A stretch of DNA of 64,000 nucleotides from Paramoeba atlantica (Eukaryota > Protista > Discosea). The stretch is taken from the NCBI GenBank assembly GCA_977017575.1, contig CDRNVI010000030.1:62001-126000 (forward strand). The letters are read 5' to 3'. The stretch's first letter is position 1, and every line of letters begins with the position of its first letter. The notes below the pieces were generated by a model. The model saw only the letters and a list, made by a program, of their open reading frames with translations, was not told the DNA's origin and ran no database searches. Below are positions 1-11,830 of the stretch, piece after piece. The position numbers and the translations under genes are program-made.

Positions 1-543
1 CGGAAGTTGTGTCAAATCTACCTCCCCTTCAAATTTATTGTCCCCTACGCACAGTTTTCGCATACTGGTGGGGAGGTGTCGCAGATCAAGCTCCCCGCTG
101 AGCTCGTTTGTGAACAAGTAAAGAAGGACGAGATTCGGAGGCATCATGTCCAGCGGGAGGGTTCCATTCAGACGAGCACTGTTGGCTTTCATTTTCTCCA
201 AACTCTTTGGGAGGCATTCCCACTGCATTGATCCAAAAAGGCTGCGATGACCCCAGTCAATCTGGATGATGGTTTGCTCTTTGCACATCACGCCAGGCCA
301 CTCACAGGCGGGAGTGGATGTGTTCCACGCTGCATGCGGATGCTGAAGTCCGGCGATCAGTCGCATAAGTTCATATTCCTGCGGTAAATTTGCACCTCGC
401 ACTTTACCGGGGCGGGCAACTGGACCATCCGCGGCATGTATTTCAGCGCTGAGACGAGAGTCGTGATCATTTCGTTTTCGGCGCTTCGGGGAGGGTTGCG
501 GTGCGTCAGCCAAATCAACGCGGGATACAGCTGAGGGGAACAT
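1..543 (-). CDS. Stand-alone LRR protein (23-aa repeat family), 3' end runs off the window; absent from the ORF track
   Basis: Manual translation from ATG at 543: MFPSAVSRVDLADAPQPSPKRRKR...RPGKVRGANLPQEYELMRLIAGLQHPHAAWNTSTPACEWPGVMC...LYLFTNELSGELDLRHLPTSMRKLCVGDNKFEGEVDLTQLP. Same N-cap and repeats as the other copies. Upstream ctaacAG acceptor-like site. Confidence 0.9.
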   Translation of the reverse strand, partial: MFPSAVSRVDLADAPQPSPKRRKRNDHDSRLSAEIHAADGPVARPGKVRGANLPQEYELMRLIAGLQHPHAAWNTSTPACEWPGVMCKEQTIIQIDWGHRSLFGSMQWECLPKSLEKMKANSARLNGTLPLDMMPPNLVLLYLFTNELSGELDLRHLPTSMRKLCVGDNKFEGEVDLTQLP

Positions 544-625
544 CGTAGGGCTGTTAGATGAAGAAGCTCTAGTGACTAGGTATGGAAAAAAATTTAACCG
601 GAGAAAAAAGTAATGCAAACGCATA

Positions 626-790
626 CAGTGGTTTCAGTTGATCACGTACAGTGGTTTCAGTTGATCTTGCCCCCCCCCCTCGGAATTTTGGTTTTTTTAT
701 CCGTTTTTGCTAATCTTTGCAGCATTGGAGAGATCTCGTCTTCCTAGCGAAGAGCTTTGCCGCCTTTTCTTCATAGAGAACCGCTGGTGC
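626..790 (+). mobile_element. Left long terminal inverted repeat of a Tc1-like (DD32E) family; terminal ~20 bp tandemly duplicated
   Basis: TA|CAGTGGTTTCAGTTGATC at 626 and 649. 649-790 is the inverted counterpart (roughly 80% by eye) of 15063-15205. Confidence 0.7.
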
Positions 791-1317
791 CCCCTGGATC
801 AAATAAACACTGTTTTTTGGACGTTTTCTGTGTACACAACCACTTTTTGCCTCATTTTTCCGATTTTCTGTATATTTTGCACGTGTAAATACGAGTAATA
901 GTGTTTTTTTTTTCTTTTTTTTTCTTTTTTTAGTGTTCTAAATTGATAATTTGAAAGCTATGTCTAGTACCCCCTCTATTGCCTAATTTAATATAGTCAA
1001 CACCTCTACATTATGAAGACCAGACCCTCTAAAGTCAAACAAGGGGAGTACGTAGAAGGATGGAATGACAAAAGAGAAGACAACCCCCCAATATCCCACA
1101 AAGGAACCGTGGCATTACCTCTTTGGATGTACTGCAGAAGTGTATGGTTTTGTCTGCCACCATCTGCCACCGTCTGCCACTATTTTGCAAAATTTATGCC
1201 TTTGTTCATGGATTTAAATCAGTTGTTTTACAACTTTCCTCAATCATACTTCAATCAATATATATATTTCTTAAAGAAGTACTATTTAAGAAGTCTTTAA
1301 ACGCATTTTTTAGCACG

Positions 1318-2193
1318 ATGCCCGAGCCTGCCACTAAGGAAATGTGCCCGAGATGTAAGGTTTTGCGCAACGTCTCACTTGTTGCACCAAAGCGTTGTCT
1401 TGTTTGTGCGTGTCGCATAGACGGCAGCGACACAGAACCTTGCGTATCCTGTAAGCAAGTAGTTGTGCCTCTTGGTGCACAGTACTGCCCACTGTGCTTG
1501 ACTCCACAAGAAGTTGAAGGACTTCCAACCTCTGTAGTGGATCAAATTAGGTGCGAAGGCATGGACGACGAGAGGGTCATGCGTACTTATATTGCCTATG
1601 TTGGAGTTACTTTCAACGGTGTCACGCTTAAGTTCGGGCATATTGGGAACATGCTCGTTTTAATTAAAAAGCGATTTAATGTTTCGAAGGAAAAGGCGTA
1701 CGTCCGTGCTGCATAATCTGTTGGACAGTACTTAGATCGTGCGATCAGCAAGCCGCAGATGCGCGAGGCAAAAAATTTTCTTGCCAACATGTGGGCGTCT
1801 TACAAGGCAGATGCATCAGCGGGAAAAAAAAGGATGCGTGAACGTGTTGTAGTGGCTCTAAAGGAATTACTACGCGCTTCAGCCCGGTCAAAGGAGATGC
1901 GTATCTGCTACTCATCTCTTCATTTTGTCCAAGAGGAAGATTTGCTAAGCATCGGCAATGCAGCGACCCGTGAAACACAGAACCACCAGCTTGAAATGCT
2001 CAAAAGCATGGGCGTAATAAAGGAGAAAGACTTTGGAAGTCGTCTACTTCATGTCACACGCCCTCCGCGACAAAATCCACGCCAAGAAATAGATTTAGAC
2101 GAAGATTCGGAAGTGTCCCCCAGAACAAAACGCATCCGTAAGACAATTGTAGCTACTTCGTCGCCTTCTAATGTATTAAAGTTTAATGCGTAA
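1318..2193 (+). pseudogene. Partner ORF of a Harbinger-like element: N-terminal four-CxxC double zinc ribbon plus an unnamed YxR...WxSY...LGVIK domain
   Basis: ORFs 1123-1716 and 1759-2193 are in the same frame, separated by one TAA (1714-1716) that aligns with Ser in the paralog at 37526. CPRC/CLVC/CVSC/CPLC motifs. tttttAG directly before the ATG at 1318. Confidence 0.7.
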
Positions 2194-2404
2194 GTGTTAA
2201 AGACGGTAAGGAGTTAAGAAAGATAAAGTTTTTTCCGCAAATGTTAAAGACGCTAAGGAGTTAGGGAAGTTTCAAGGTTAAAAGTTGCGCATTAGAGACT
2301 ACGTAACAGTATTTTCGTGTAACGTTTTGGTGGACTGATTTTGATGTCATTTTTAAGAATTTCTAAAAAAAATTAATTTAAATTAATTTCAAAGACATTT
2401 TTTA

Positions 2405-3468
2405 ATGCCCGCTGACGCATCAAATACATTAAGCAGAAGATCGGAACTCTCTCGATGCGGTTTGAGTCTTCACTCTTACGAATTTCTATCGCAATTTTAT
2501 GAAGAAGACGTAGTATTCGCTAGCTTCTATTTTCTTCGAACGGGGGAGAGTTATTTCACCATATCAAAATATCTTGCAATGAAATTTGGGAGGGGGTGGG
2601 GAGAGCGAACTTGTGCTAACAAAATCCCACAATTCTTTTCCCGCATGTACCACGATATGAAGAACACGTGGCTAGATTTGGATGATGACATATTATTTCA
2701 TGAAGACAATAACGCCACCCCATTTTGGAATAAGGATGTCAAGGTGCTATTCGACACAGTGCCATTATACGTGGACAACCTACCACACTGCTATCAACCC
2801 TAATACTCAACGCACGTAGCTAAAGCGTTTGTTGCATGCATATTGAGTGGATACCTATGTTTCGTTGGCGACTCGCTGTATTGTGGGGCGTCGTCGGATT
2901 CTGTCATACAAGACGCTTGCGGTGTGATGAATTTCCTGGAGAGAAAAGGCTTGCCTGCTCTTGCAGACGGAGGGTTCTACAACGGAGCCACAACAAGGGT
3001 TATACTTCCATTTTCCAAATCGCAGATATGGCCACAATTTTCACGAAGTCGTTTGAGCAATAGAGAGTATATGACAGAAGCGCACGACAAGTTAAAAATA
3101 AACGAAAGCCTTTCTTTTTTTCGTGCTCGTATAGAACACGTATTTGGGCGCGTCAATGTCGGTCGTTTTCTGGCGTTTAAGCAGTGGACTCGAAACTCGG
3201 AAATGTTCACGCTTTCTGCTGCGCTCTCACTGTACACAACATTGATAATTTTCATCGTCACGGAGCAAAGGGTAGATATCAAGCATTAACATGTAACAAA
3301 ATCCGGGAAATCGAAGACATCATTGAAAAACATGAAAATCAGAGTTCTCGATATCCAGCTCCCGAGCAGCTTAGTAAAACGGGGCCAATGGACGCTAACG
3401 TATTTCATACTCAGAGCGACTCTCGTGACTATTTTAACGCAGTCGATGAGATTGATTTGAGTTCATAA
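2405..3468 (+). pseudogene. PIF/Harbinger-ISL2EU-like (DDE_Tnp_4-type) transposase
   Basis: 2405-2803 and 2843-3289 are in frame across one TAA. Motifs FDTVPL, YSTHVAK, YCGASSD, LADGGF, RARIEHVFG. After a frameshift near 3205, CCALTVHN matches the Harbinger C-terminal AC..LHN motif. Confidence 0.8.
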
Positions 3469-3736
3469 TTAGATCTTTAACTTGGTAACACTTTTTTTTG
3501 CTTTATTCCTCTCGTTTATCAAAGAGCTCATCTAACGACGTAGTGCTACGTTTTGGATTTTTTAGAAGCTCGATATTACAGGGTCGATCGTGTTTTTTGA
3601 GCGACTGGTCAGGGGGGGGGGTGATGTGAACTTTCGAAAAGGTAATGTTGGCAAGCGGCTTATCTATGCTAGACGGAAAAAATAAATGTAATGTACCAAG
3701 TGGTCTTTTTGTCTGCCACCGTCTGCCACTATCTGT

Positions 3737-4632
3737 TTGCATTACATCCTTTGTGAGAGAAAAGAAATAATAAATAAGGGATTAAGCATACGTAAATTAT
3801 CAAATAATTTTGGACGTGACCGTCGTACCATTAGAAGAATTGTTAACCTGTGGAAAGAAGGCAAAGATCTTACACCCCAAGAATCCCCAGGAAAAAATCA
3901 AGGCGTTTTAAGGACCTTGTAAAAAAATTGTGGATGATGAAAACGAAACGTACGATGGTTGCTTAACTTATACTTGGATACACGAGCAAGTGCTGAATAT
4001 GGGGTATAAATGTTCGTTAAACAAAATAAGAACTATTTTGAAAAATATTGATTACGGTAGATGGGCTAAGTCACCGAACTGTGACCTAACTGAGGTACAA
4101 GTCGCAGCGTTTGAGATTAGCAAACGAATTGCTTACATGGCAAGGAGGCAATGGCTTGGATGGGTATTAGTGTAGAACACGGGTTTTTTCCTGAACGTGT
4201 TTGAACCCAATGACAATACAACTTATGAAAGCGCGCACAAGGTCACTGGGGGAGTGATCCTTGACTCCTTTCAGAAGCCTAATGGGTTTTTACATTATCT
4301 CAAAGATCACGTTGATGATGTGACTGTGCAAACATAATGCTACCACCCATAACTTGGCAAAAGGCGAATTGATAAAATATCGTATTAAACAATTGTCTTG
4401 GCCATCGAATTCGCCTGATTTAAATCCAATAGAAAATGTTTGGAAACAAATGAACGGTATCATAAAGAAAAAAAATCAGCCCCACAATCATGCTACCCTC
4501 GCCGATGCCATTAAAAAAGCTTCTCGGATTCGAAAAAGTCCCGAAGAGAAACGTAAAGTGTGCAACAAAAATTCAGTCCCAAATAGACTTCGAAAAGTGT
4601 TGCAAAATAATGGAGGCCATTCCGGATGCTAG
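3737..4632 (+). pseudogene. Degenerate Tc1/IS630-like transposase (DD32E family)
   Basis: N-terminal HTH fragment (SIRKLSNNFGRDRRTIRRIV) and WPSNSPDLNPIENVW. Homologous to 14463-14939. Several stops and frameshifts. Confidence 0.85.
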
Positions 4633-4929
4633 TTCTTTGCCATCAGAGTTAACTTTTGGACACAAATTCGGTTTTTTGCTCCATTTTTCGTGAGTCCGGA
4701 GGGTGTGTTTCGCTGCGATTGTGAGAACGAACATTCCTCTTTCCGTGGCCATTCGTTTGTTTCCTCATTCGAAGAGGTTCGTCCTGATCCCGTAAGTGTA
4801 GTCATGCGAAGGGAAATCCCGAAAACTGTGAGGCCATTGGAAAATGACATCGTTGAAATATCTCATGTGTTGTGGGAGAAAATATTAGATTCGATTGACG
4901 AATATGATCGACGAATCTTTGGCGTTTGA

Positions 4930-5469
4930 ACGACCCAGATGGGGGTACGGATCAAGCACTAGGCGAATGCACCACGGTTGTGGTATTGTCCGTTGGCGCT
5001 TTAGAGTGGATCCCCCCATGTATCACCCTAGACGAGGCTCGTTTAATGGTACAGAAATTGGCGTGCTTATCGTCAATGATGGACGTCGACATTTAGGCGC
5101 TGTACAATTGGCCAAATGGGCAAACCCTCTATAAATGGAAAAAAACGTCTCGTACGAAACTTTGGACTGCTGGAAACGCAGCCAAAATACATTACACTCG
5201 AAAAGAGCACCTGTCGATTCGTATATTGTGGCATATAAATTTCCCAGAAACAAGGAAAACTATCGTGGCGTGCCGATCCCGCAGTGGTTGATCAGTGGCT
5301 GTGCAACACGCACATGACACCGGACAACACGCCGCGTAATTTATTCAAGGTCATAGGATTTTTACGCCATGTGGCGGCTATCATTGGAATGCAGGCAAAT
5401 TCTTGGGAAGAGTATCGAAAATTCAACGTCACTTTGGGGAAATACGCGATCGGGACGAGAAATCGATAA
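4930..5469 (+). pseudogene. Reverse transcriptase relic of the YR-retrotransposon family
   Basis: KYITLEKSTCRFVYCGI*ISQKQGKLSWRADP and TPRNLFKVIGFLRHVAAIIG align with KYMTMEKNTCQFTYCGIRIIQKEGHISWMADP and TPRILFQFCGYVRHVSAILG in 52601-53527. Confidence 0.75.
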
Positions 5470-6665
5470 ACCCAACAGATATGACACACGTCATAAAAAT
5501 ACTTCACGCGGTATTATTAAGTAACAGAGTGTTTTGCCCTCTTACAAGCCCTAAAATGGGGTGAACAGTTAGGGTATAAAGTTTTTCTTCTTTTTGTGCT
5601 TGGCACAGATTCTACGGTTGCAGGTAGAGCGTTTTCTAAAGGATATTCGAAAATTTAGTATTATAGATAACATAACTATAGATAACGTAACGGTAATGTG
5701 CAATTGGAAAGGTGATCCGCATTTAAACGGTAATCCGACCCCCGGGTTGCTGAGCAACGTTGAGTGAATTGTGGTCAGTCAATAGGTGCCCATCCAGCCA
5801 ATTTTCGTTAACTTCACGTTAGATTCGTGTGATTCCGTAGACCCCCTCAAATACGATGTATGAGATCTGGCGAACTAGTCTTTGTCTCGTAACATTTTAG
5901 TGAAGTAAAAGATGGCAATTGCAAATTTGTGGTGTCTTTCTCTTCTCGTTCTACTGTTTTATCACCAACGTCAACCATGTGTTTTGATTCTTTAAATTAC
6001 ACTTCGTCAGCCAACGTACTTTCCTCTCCCGAGGACGCGTACATGCTGTTTTTCTCCATGAAACAACCGGTACGCATTTCCGGCTCCTCACTTATTTATG
6101 GAGCGAGTTGCAGCGCGCACGCTTGCACATTTGACATAAGCAATTTTGATTTTACTAACTTGACAAAGCAGCGCAGAGCCGTGGGCTCAAGTACAGAAGA
6201 CTATCGACATCAGCAGATGTTGAAAGCTCTGCGTGATTTAGTGAATTAGTGTCAATCTGAATACGAAGATTTGTTAAAAGGTGCACAGTACGCTCACTAA
6301 CAAGTTCCGCGCAATTCGTGCATGTTGGTTAGTACAAATAATGGGGGATCTCTTACTCGGGGGTGTAAGGGAGTAGGAAAATCGTTGTGACATTTCTCGT
6401 GATCTTTGAAATCGCATGCAAAATCACTTTGGACGTCAGAGTACACTTCTACAGCGGTAACACCTGAGTTATCACTTAAGTTCTTTATGACCGCAGCCTT
6501 CAAGGTGCCCCTTAGATGCTACTAATGTACATTTAGAAATTCTATCTTAACAAATTTCGAAGTAATTTTTAATCATTTGCCAATAGTGGGTCTAAATGTA
6601 AGACCAAATCTTTAAAAGAATATCTGCGGAATTGGTTGTAGTGGAATCGGAAAAATCATAAGTTC

Positions 6666-7140
6666 GTAGATGTCGCTCTTGTTGAAGAAGAAGCCAATGG
6701 CAAACTTCAGTCTGACGGGGAGCTCCGTCGACTTTGTCATGATAAAGCAGAAATTTCTCGCTCATTCGTGCAAAAATTTGCTAAACGGTCGGGGTATAAA
6801 TTGAAGTACGTAAAGAAGCATACAAGAAAAGAACCTGATGCTCTGAAAAGTGGGGCTCAAAAAATGCTTCAGTTTTTATATCACGTACTAAAAAGCGATA
6901 GCATTCAATTCTTCATTAATTTTGACGAGATTCCTGTATCCCTGTCTGGAAAAATGGGTAAAATACGAACTATTTCTGAAAACGACGATAAGGATGTGAT
7001 CGTTGACATGGATCCCAGCGATCTAAAACGATGTGCTACTCTATTGGTTGGTGTGGGAAGCAATAGAGTATTCTTTTTTGGAAGCAATAGAGTATTCCGT
7101 TTGCCTCCATATCTTATTCACAAAGGCATGGGTCAAAAAG
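6666..7140 (+). pseudogene. pogo/Tigger-like transposase fragment (CENP-B-type HTH plus start of DDE_1 domain)
   Basis: ISRSFVQKFAKR, FINFDEIP, KRCATLLVG. Truncated before the second Asp. Confidence 0.65.
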
Positions 7141-7174
7141 GTACCAATAGGGAAGTATATGATACAATACATAT

Positions 7175-7621
7175 ACAATACATAAGGTACAAGGGGCTAC
7201 GCTGACTGAAAACGTGTGCATTGATCTAAATCACGGACCCACGAGCTACCATAGCAAAATGCTATCACATGCCACGGTCTACGTTGCTTTAACACGGGTC
7301 AAACTTGCGCATCAGTTATGACCGCTTCCCCAGAGCCATCAAGGAAGCTTTGATTACTTCGAAAAACTGCGCCCGAATCCCGATGTTGTAAAGTTTATAG
7401 AAGATATGAATCAGACGGTAGAAAATGAGAAATACATCCCGGAAAAGAAGTACTCAAGACTTCTCTCGGGAAAGAGAAGGATACGCACAAGTGAAAATTC
7501 ACCGCATGAAACAAAAATGTATTCGTCCATTACAGATGAGGAAAATGGTCTTGAATGGGTAAAGCCTGGTCAGCTAATCCCGGATACCATGGTGAATACC
7601 CTTGGATCGATACTTCTCTAG
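7175..7621 (+). pseudogene. Pif1-family helicase C-terminal relic (possible Helitron origin)
   Basis: Manual translation TIHKVQGATLTENVCIDL...LSHATVYVALTRVK matches Pif1/RecD motifs V and VI. The frame continues past one TGA (7319-7321) into ORF 7406-7621. Confidence 0.7.
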
Positions 7622-7963
7622 ATTCTATTTTTTTTTAGATTCTGAAAAGAAACATGGAGGGCTCTGCAGCGCCATCCGTTAGGGTAGAGTCTAAGGCCAC
7701 CAACCCTCATTATCTTGATACCCCCTCCCCAGACGGTACTCGATGCCTTGCTGCCCAGCACGGCTACCCAACAGAAGCTACCAGGCTGGGCGTCCAACTC
7801 CGCTGCATCGTGTGGGCGCGCGTGGACGGAACCTTAAAAAAGAGGTCACCAGCCTGCATCGTTCAAAATGGCCCGTAACGGAGGAACACGCTCCGAAATA
7901 AGGCATACAGGGGTGAGGGAGACAAGTACGATATATGTACCTAAATAAATTACATAAATAATG

Positions 7964-8178
7964 TAAATCCAGGTATAAAGGGGTGAGGGAGATGCAAAGC
8001 AACAGATGTAGCAGATTCCCGCTTGAAAACAAATCGTATCTCCCTGCACGAGAATTGGCCACCTATGCGCTTGCTTGCTTGGAGTCAACTTCGTGCAGGG
8101 AGATGCGATTGCTTTACTGTGGGAATCTGGTCAATCTGTTGCTTCGTATCTTCCTCGCCCCTTTATGCCTGGATTTAG
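7964..8178. repeat. Foldback/palindromic element, copy 1 (about 90-bp arms, about 40-bp loop)
   Basis: TAAATCCAGG...TCTCCCTGCAC is the inverted complement of GTGCAGGGAGA...CCTGGATTTA. Second copy at 60291-60492. Confidence 0.85.
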
Positions 8179-8350
8179 AAATATAGTTTCAGGCCAAATC
8201 CTAATCATTCGATCAAAGAATTGATGACTGCTATCTAGGTAAAAAAATCTAAGTCTCTACGTAGAATTTCTACGTAGAACGCGCAGAATTCTACGTTAAC
8301 TACCAACTGTGCATATTCTGTCGATCACCACAGTTGCGTACCCCCCTGTA

Positions 8351-8445
8351 TTATAATATATTACTGTGTTCCTCTTATTTTCACTGTTTTAGTTTACTTT
8401 TGTTTTTCAATAATCGAGGGTAGAACGGTAGTTATACAACCACAG
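8351..8445. repeat. Dispersed AT-rich repeat, also at about 20083-20180
   Basis: Shared TATATTACTGTGTTCCTCTT...TTCAATAATCGAGGGTAGA(A/G)CGGTAGTTATA. Confidence 0.7.
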
Positions 8446-8518
8446 CAATAATGTAGCTACTAATCTGCAGTTAGAATCTAAAATTCGTTTAGCATTGCTA
8501 TGCTAGTGTATCTCACGT

Positions 8519-9307
8519 TTAATCTAAAATAGTGACCTGTGTGCCGCTGTAGCAACAACCTAAACGCAACGGCATGAACGACCACTTTCCCTCCCCTCTT
8601 AAGTCAGAGTTATTCTCGAAGTCTAGTCGTTGCATATAACGTGGCAGTCGGGTTAAGTTTATTTCTCCCGAAAAATTATTGTGGCTCAAACTTAAAAATT
8701 TAATGTTAAAAGGAAGTTTGGTCAGATCGGGGGTCCCGAATAAGAGATTATGAGAAAGTTCCAGATAATTCATCTCCGTAGGAAGGGAACAAAGATTTAT
8801 GCCGCCCGTAAATTCGTTGCGTTGCAAATACAACTCTCGCATGGCCTGTGGAAGAGCAGTCAAATTTAACTCTCCATCTAGATGGTTCCGATAGAGGCTC
8901 ATCCTACGGAGCACGCACGGGAGATTATCAAGAATTGCCGTCCCATTTAATTTATTTTCGTGCGCTACGAAGTTCAATGTCGAACGCGGGAGATGCTCAA
9001 GGTGTAGCATTCCTGTCAGGAAACGCGTTTTCCAGTCGATTACCACAACTTTGTATTTGTCATCACACATCACACCATCCCACTCGCACGCCGGGGTACT
9101 TGCATTCCACGAGCTGTGCGGATAGTTCATGTCTTGTGTGAGACGCGCGAGTTCGTACTCTTGAGGTAAATTAAACACTTTAGCAGCTCGTACAGAAGAG
9201 CGGATAGGTTGCTTAATATCCGTTCCGGGAATCAATGAGGGATCACATTCGCTTTGCTTTCTGCGTTTTTTACAGGGTTCCCCGGTGTCGTTCGATGAAA
9301 CGCGCAT
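8519..9307 (-). CDS. Stand-alone LRR protein (262 aa)
   Basis: N-cap LPQEYELARL...SWNASTPACEWDGVMC followed by LxxLxLxxNxFxGxLxLxxLP repeats. No signal peptide or TM segment evident. Confidence 0.92.
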   Translation of the reverse strand: MRVSSNDTGEPCKKRRKQSECDPSLIPGTDIKQPIRSSVRAAKVFNLPQEYELARLTQDMNYPHSSWNASTPACEWDGVMCDDKYKVVVIDWKTRFLTGMLHLEHLPRSTLNFVAHENKLNGTAILDNLPCVLRRMSLYRNHLDGELNLTALPQAMRELYLQRNEFTGGINLCSLPTEMNYLELSHNLLFGTPDLTKLPFNIKFLSLSHNNFSGEINLTRLPRYMQRLDFENNSDLRGEGKWSFMPLRLGCCYSGTQVTILD

Positions 9308-9918
9308 GATTATAAAATTTATTATTATGCCTTTCGTGATAGTGCTAGACCGTTTTGTTACAGCTCGATTTTAACAGCGAATAAGCGCAAAATGCGAGTA
9401 TAGTTTATAAAAGGAAAAAACGCCCTGCGGCACGATACATGTGAGGAAGTCACGATAATTCTACCAATTTAAAAATCATGATGTTTTCCTTGCGCAACTT
9501 AGGTACTGTCCCTGCTATTAATAAAGAGAATAAGAAACTTCAAGAATGATACTGATTTTCAGATTATTATTATCATTTTTTTATGATGATCATTATAATA
9601 TAATAGCCTTGAAAAACGATTTAAAACTCGAAAATTCTTTACGATTGTTCAAAATAAATAGATTTTTGTGAAAAAGTCGCTTTTGACTCAAGAAAATTTA
9701 AGAAAATACTGTTTACGTGAAATTTATTTTTAGAAGTTTTCACCATGCATAATATTTTTTTAGACTATCATTATTATTAATAAGTCGTTAATGATTAACG
9801 ACAGAGGGAGTAGACTTTGCCCAAATACTCAAACAATGTTTAAGAGTCGCTCCACAATGTTTGAGAGAAATCTCCGATTCAATAAAAAAGTTATTTAGCT
9901 TGCCAGACCCGGAAACCG

Positions 9919-10740
9919 CTATAAGTTATAGTTATAATAATAACGTGTGTCTGAGGATATATTCGTGCCGGACGCGTACACGTTTCTCAAAGTTTTCGGC
10001 AGAATTGAGTGGCGCACTTCACCGAACAGAGCAGAATTATCTTCCACATTCAGATGATGTAATCCTATAGGAAGACGATCAAACAGCACGAGACCACTGA
10101 ATCTATTTTTCCGACACTCAAAATACTTCAACGATGAGGGCAAATGTTGCAGATCAAGTGGTCCCGTAAAACAGTTGTATGACATACTCAAACGTCCCAT
10201 GCTTGATGGTAACATTGCGAGATCAACCTTCCCAGAAAATTGATTGGTACTAATCCACAGACATGCTAATGTGGGAGGCAAGTGGGTCAGGTCCACAGAA
10301 CCCTTAAAATTGTTGTCGCTCACTGTAAGTGTATCCATGTCAATGGGTAAATGCGACAGATCCAATTCTCCTGAAAATGCATTGGCATTTACGACGAATT
10401 CAGTCATGGGGGATGGCAATGTATCGAGTGGTACACCTCCACTAAGATCGTTTTGGACTGTCGTAAATTCGCGTGTTGTGCGACATAGATAGTTCCATTG
10501 AAGTAACCCTGCCAATTTCATTCGTCTCCAATAAATCTTCTTTACGTGTAACTCGACGTCACAATACACGTTGCTCCAGTCACATGCAGGCGTGGACGTG
10601 TTCCACGACGGATGTGGATTTGCTATATTTTGAATGAATCGCGAAAGTTCGTACTCTTGTGGTAAATTAGCTCCTCGTACTCTACCCTTGCGAGTACTCT
10701 CGGCAATATCCTTTGAAATGATCTCTGCAGTTAGCGGCAT
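9919..10740 (-). CDS. Stand-alone LRR protein (probable start MPLTAE at 10740)
   Basis: GRVRGANLPQEYELSRF N-cap and about 7 23-aa LRRs. The upstream alternative start in the ORF track is not conserved in paralogs. Confidence 0.92.
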   Translation of the reverse strand: MPLTAEIISKDIAESTRKGRVRGANLPQEYELSRFIQNIANPHPSWNTSTPACDWSNVYCDVELHVKKIYWRRMKLAGLLQWNYLCRTTREFTTVQNDLSGGVPLDTLPSPMTEFVVNANAFSGELDLSHLPIDMDTLTVSDNNFKGSVDLTHLPPTLACLWISTNQFSGKVDLAMLPSSMGRLSMSYNCFTGPLDLQHLPSSLKYFECRKNRFSGLVLFDRLPIGLHHLNVEDNSALFGEVRHSILPKTLRNVYASGTNISSDTRYYYNYNL

Positions 10741-10839
10741 ATGCAGAAGGTAGAATTTTGTGTAGCGAAATACTAGTACGAGTTTTTCCCAATAAAATAC
10801 GAAAAACAATTGCACGACTTTGCGCCAAAATGAAATATA

Positions 10840-11778
10840 CAGGGGTGGGTACGAAAATGTGGGGGGGGGGCGTCAAAATGCGTATAACTTTGCCAATTTT
10901 GGAAACTAGTACCGCGTTCAAGAGCTCTCGCAGAGTTACGTGTAATGTGATAATGCGTTTCCCGCGTTTTTAAAAAGTTAAAAAAAATCATGATGTTTCA
11001 AAGTGGGAAATTCTGAAGTTAGGCCACGTTTTCGTTCTTTCTTCTTCATTCTGTTCTCCTTTTCGTTCTATGGCCCACAAAAGAGCATTTTCAAACAACA
11101 GGAAGGTACAGAAACGTGGCATGGGCTGTTACAGTCCTTGTGGACAAATAAAAGCCTCGCATAGGATCCTCCTCGTAAAGAAATATGAGGAAACTGGCTC
11201 TTTTTCCAACGTCGAACCTCGTGTTACCCCTTCAGTCCGTAGGGTTTCATTGTTCCCGACGCTCGATCACGCGCACTTTAAAGCGTGAAGGCAACCAGCA
11301 CTTACGGCTGCTCACAAGCAGAAATGAGTTGAGCGGTGCTGCGAGCTGTCGGAGTGGACCTCTCGTGATCTCGAGTCCATTATATGAACGGACGAGAAGA
11401 AGTTTACTTGCGTGGGGCGACAAAAGATTACCTACCTTTGCCGCAAAGCGGATCCCCCCAAAGAGCACCTAGGAGAGCAGGAAAAGTGTGCGTGGGGGTG
11501 ATGGTATTATGATGTGGATGGGGGTGAGCATAAAATACGTCTTTTTTTTACACGAATTTCCCAACAAAGATGATGACGAAAATAAAATTTCAGTAAACGG
11601 GGCTGCATTTAAAAACACTATTACCTATTGGATTCGATTTCGGAGGTGGCAAAGCACAATGAGGAAACAAAATTTCATAAATGCGCAGCAGGCGAAACTT
11701 GTCTCTTTCCAAGAAAATATCGTCAAGGTAGCGCGAATGGTAAAAAAAGGTTTTTGGCGGCGTGTCAACTTCGGTTGA
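10840..11778 (+). mobile_element. Degenerate Tc1/IS630-like element (family B): left TIR plus transposase fragments
   Basis: TA|CAGGGGTGGGTACG terminus. MAHKRAFSNN...HRILLVKKYEET is homologous to 63119-63328. GGDGIMMWMGV matches the GGGSVMVWG motif. Confidence 0.75.
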
Positions 11779-11830
11779 TTTCATTTTATTGTATTACATT
11801 AAAAACGTTTAGTCCTAAGGCTTATTTTCT

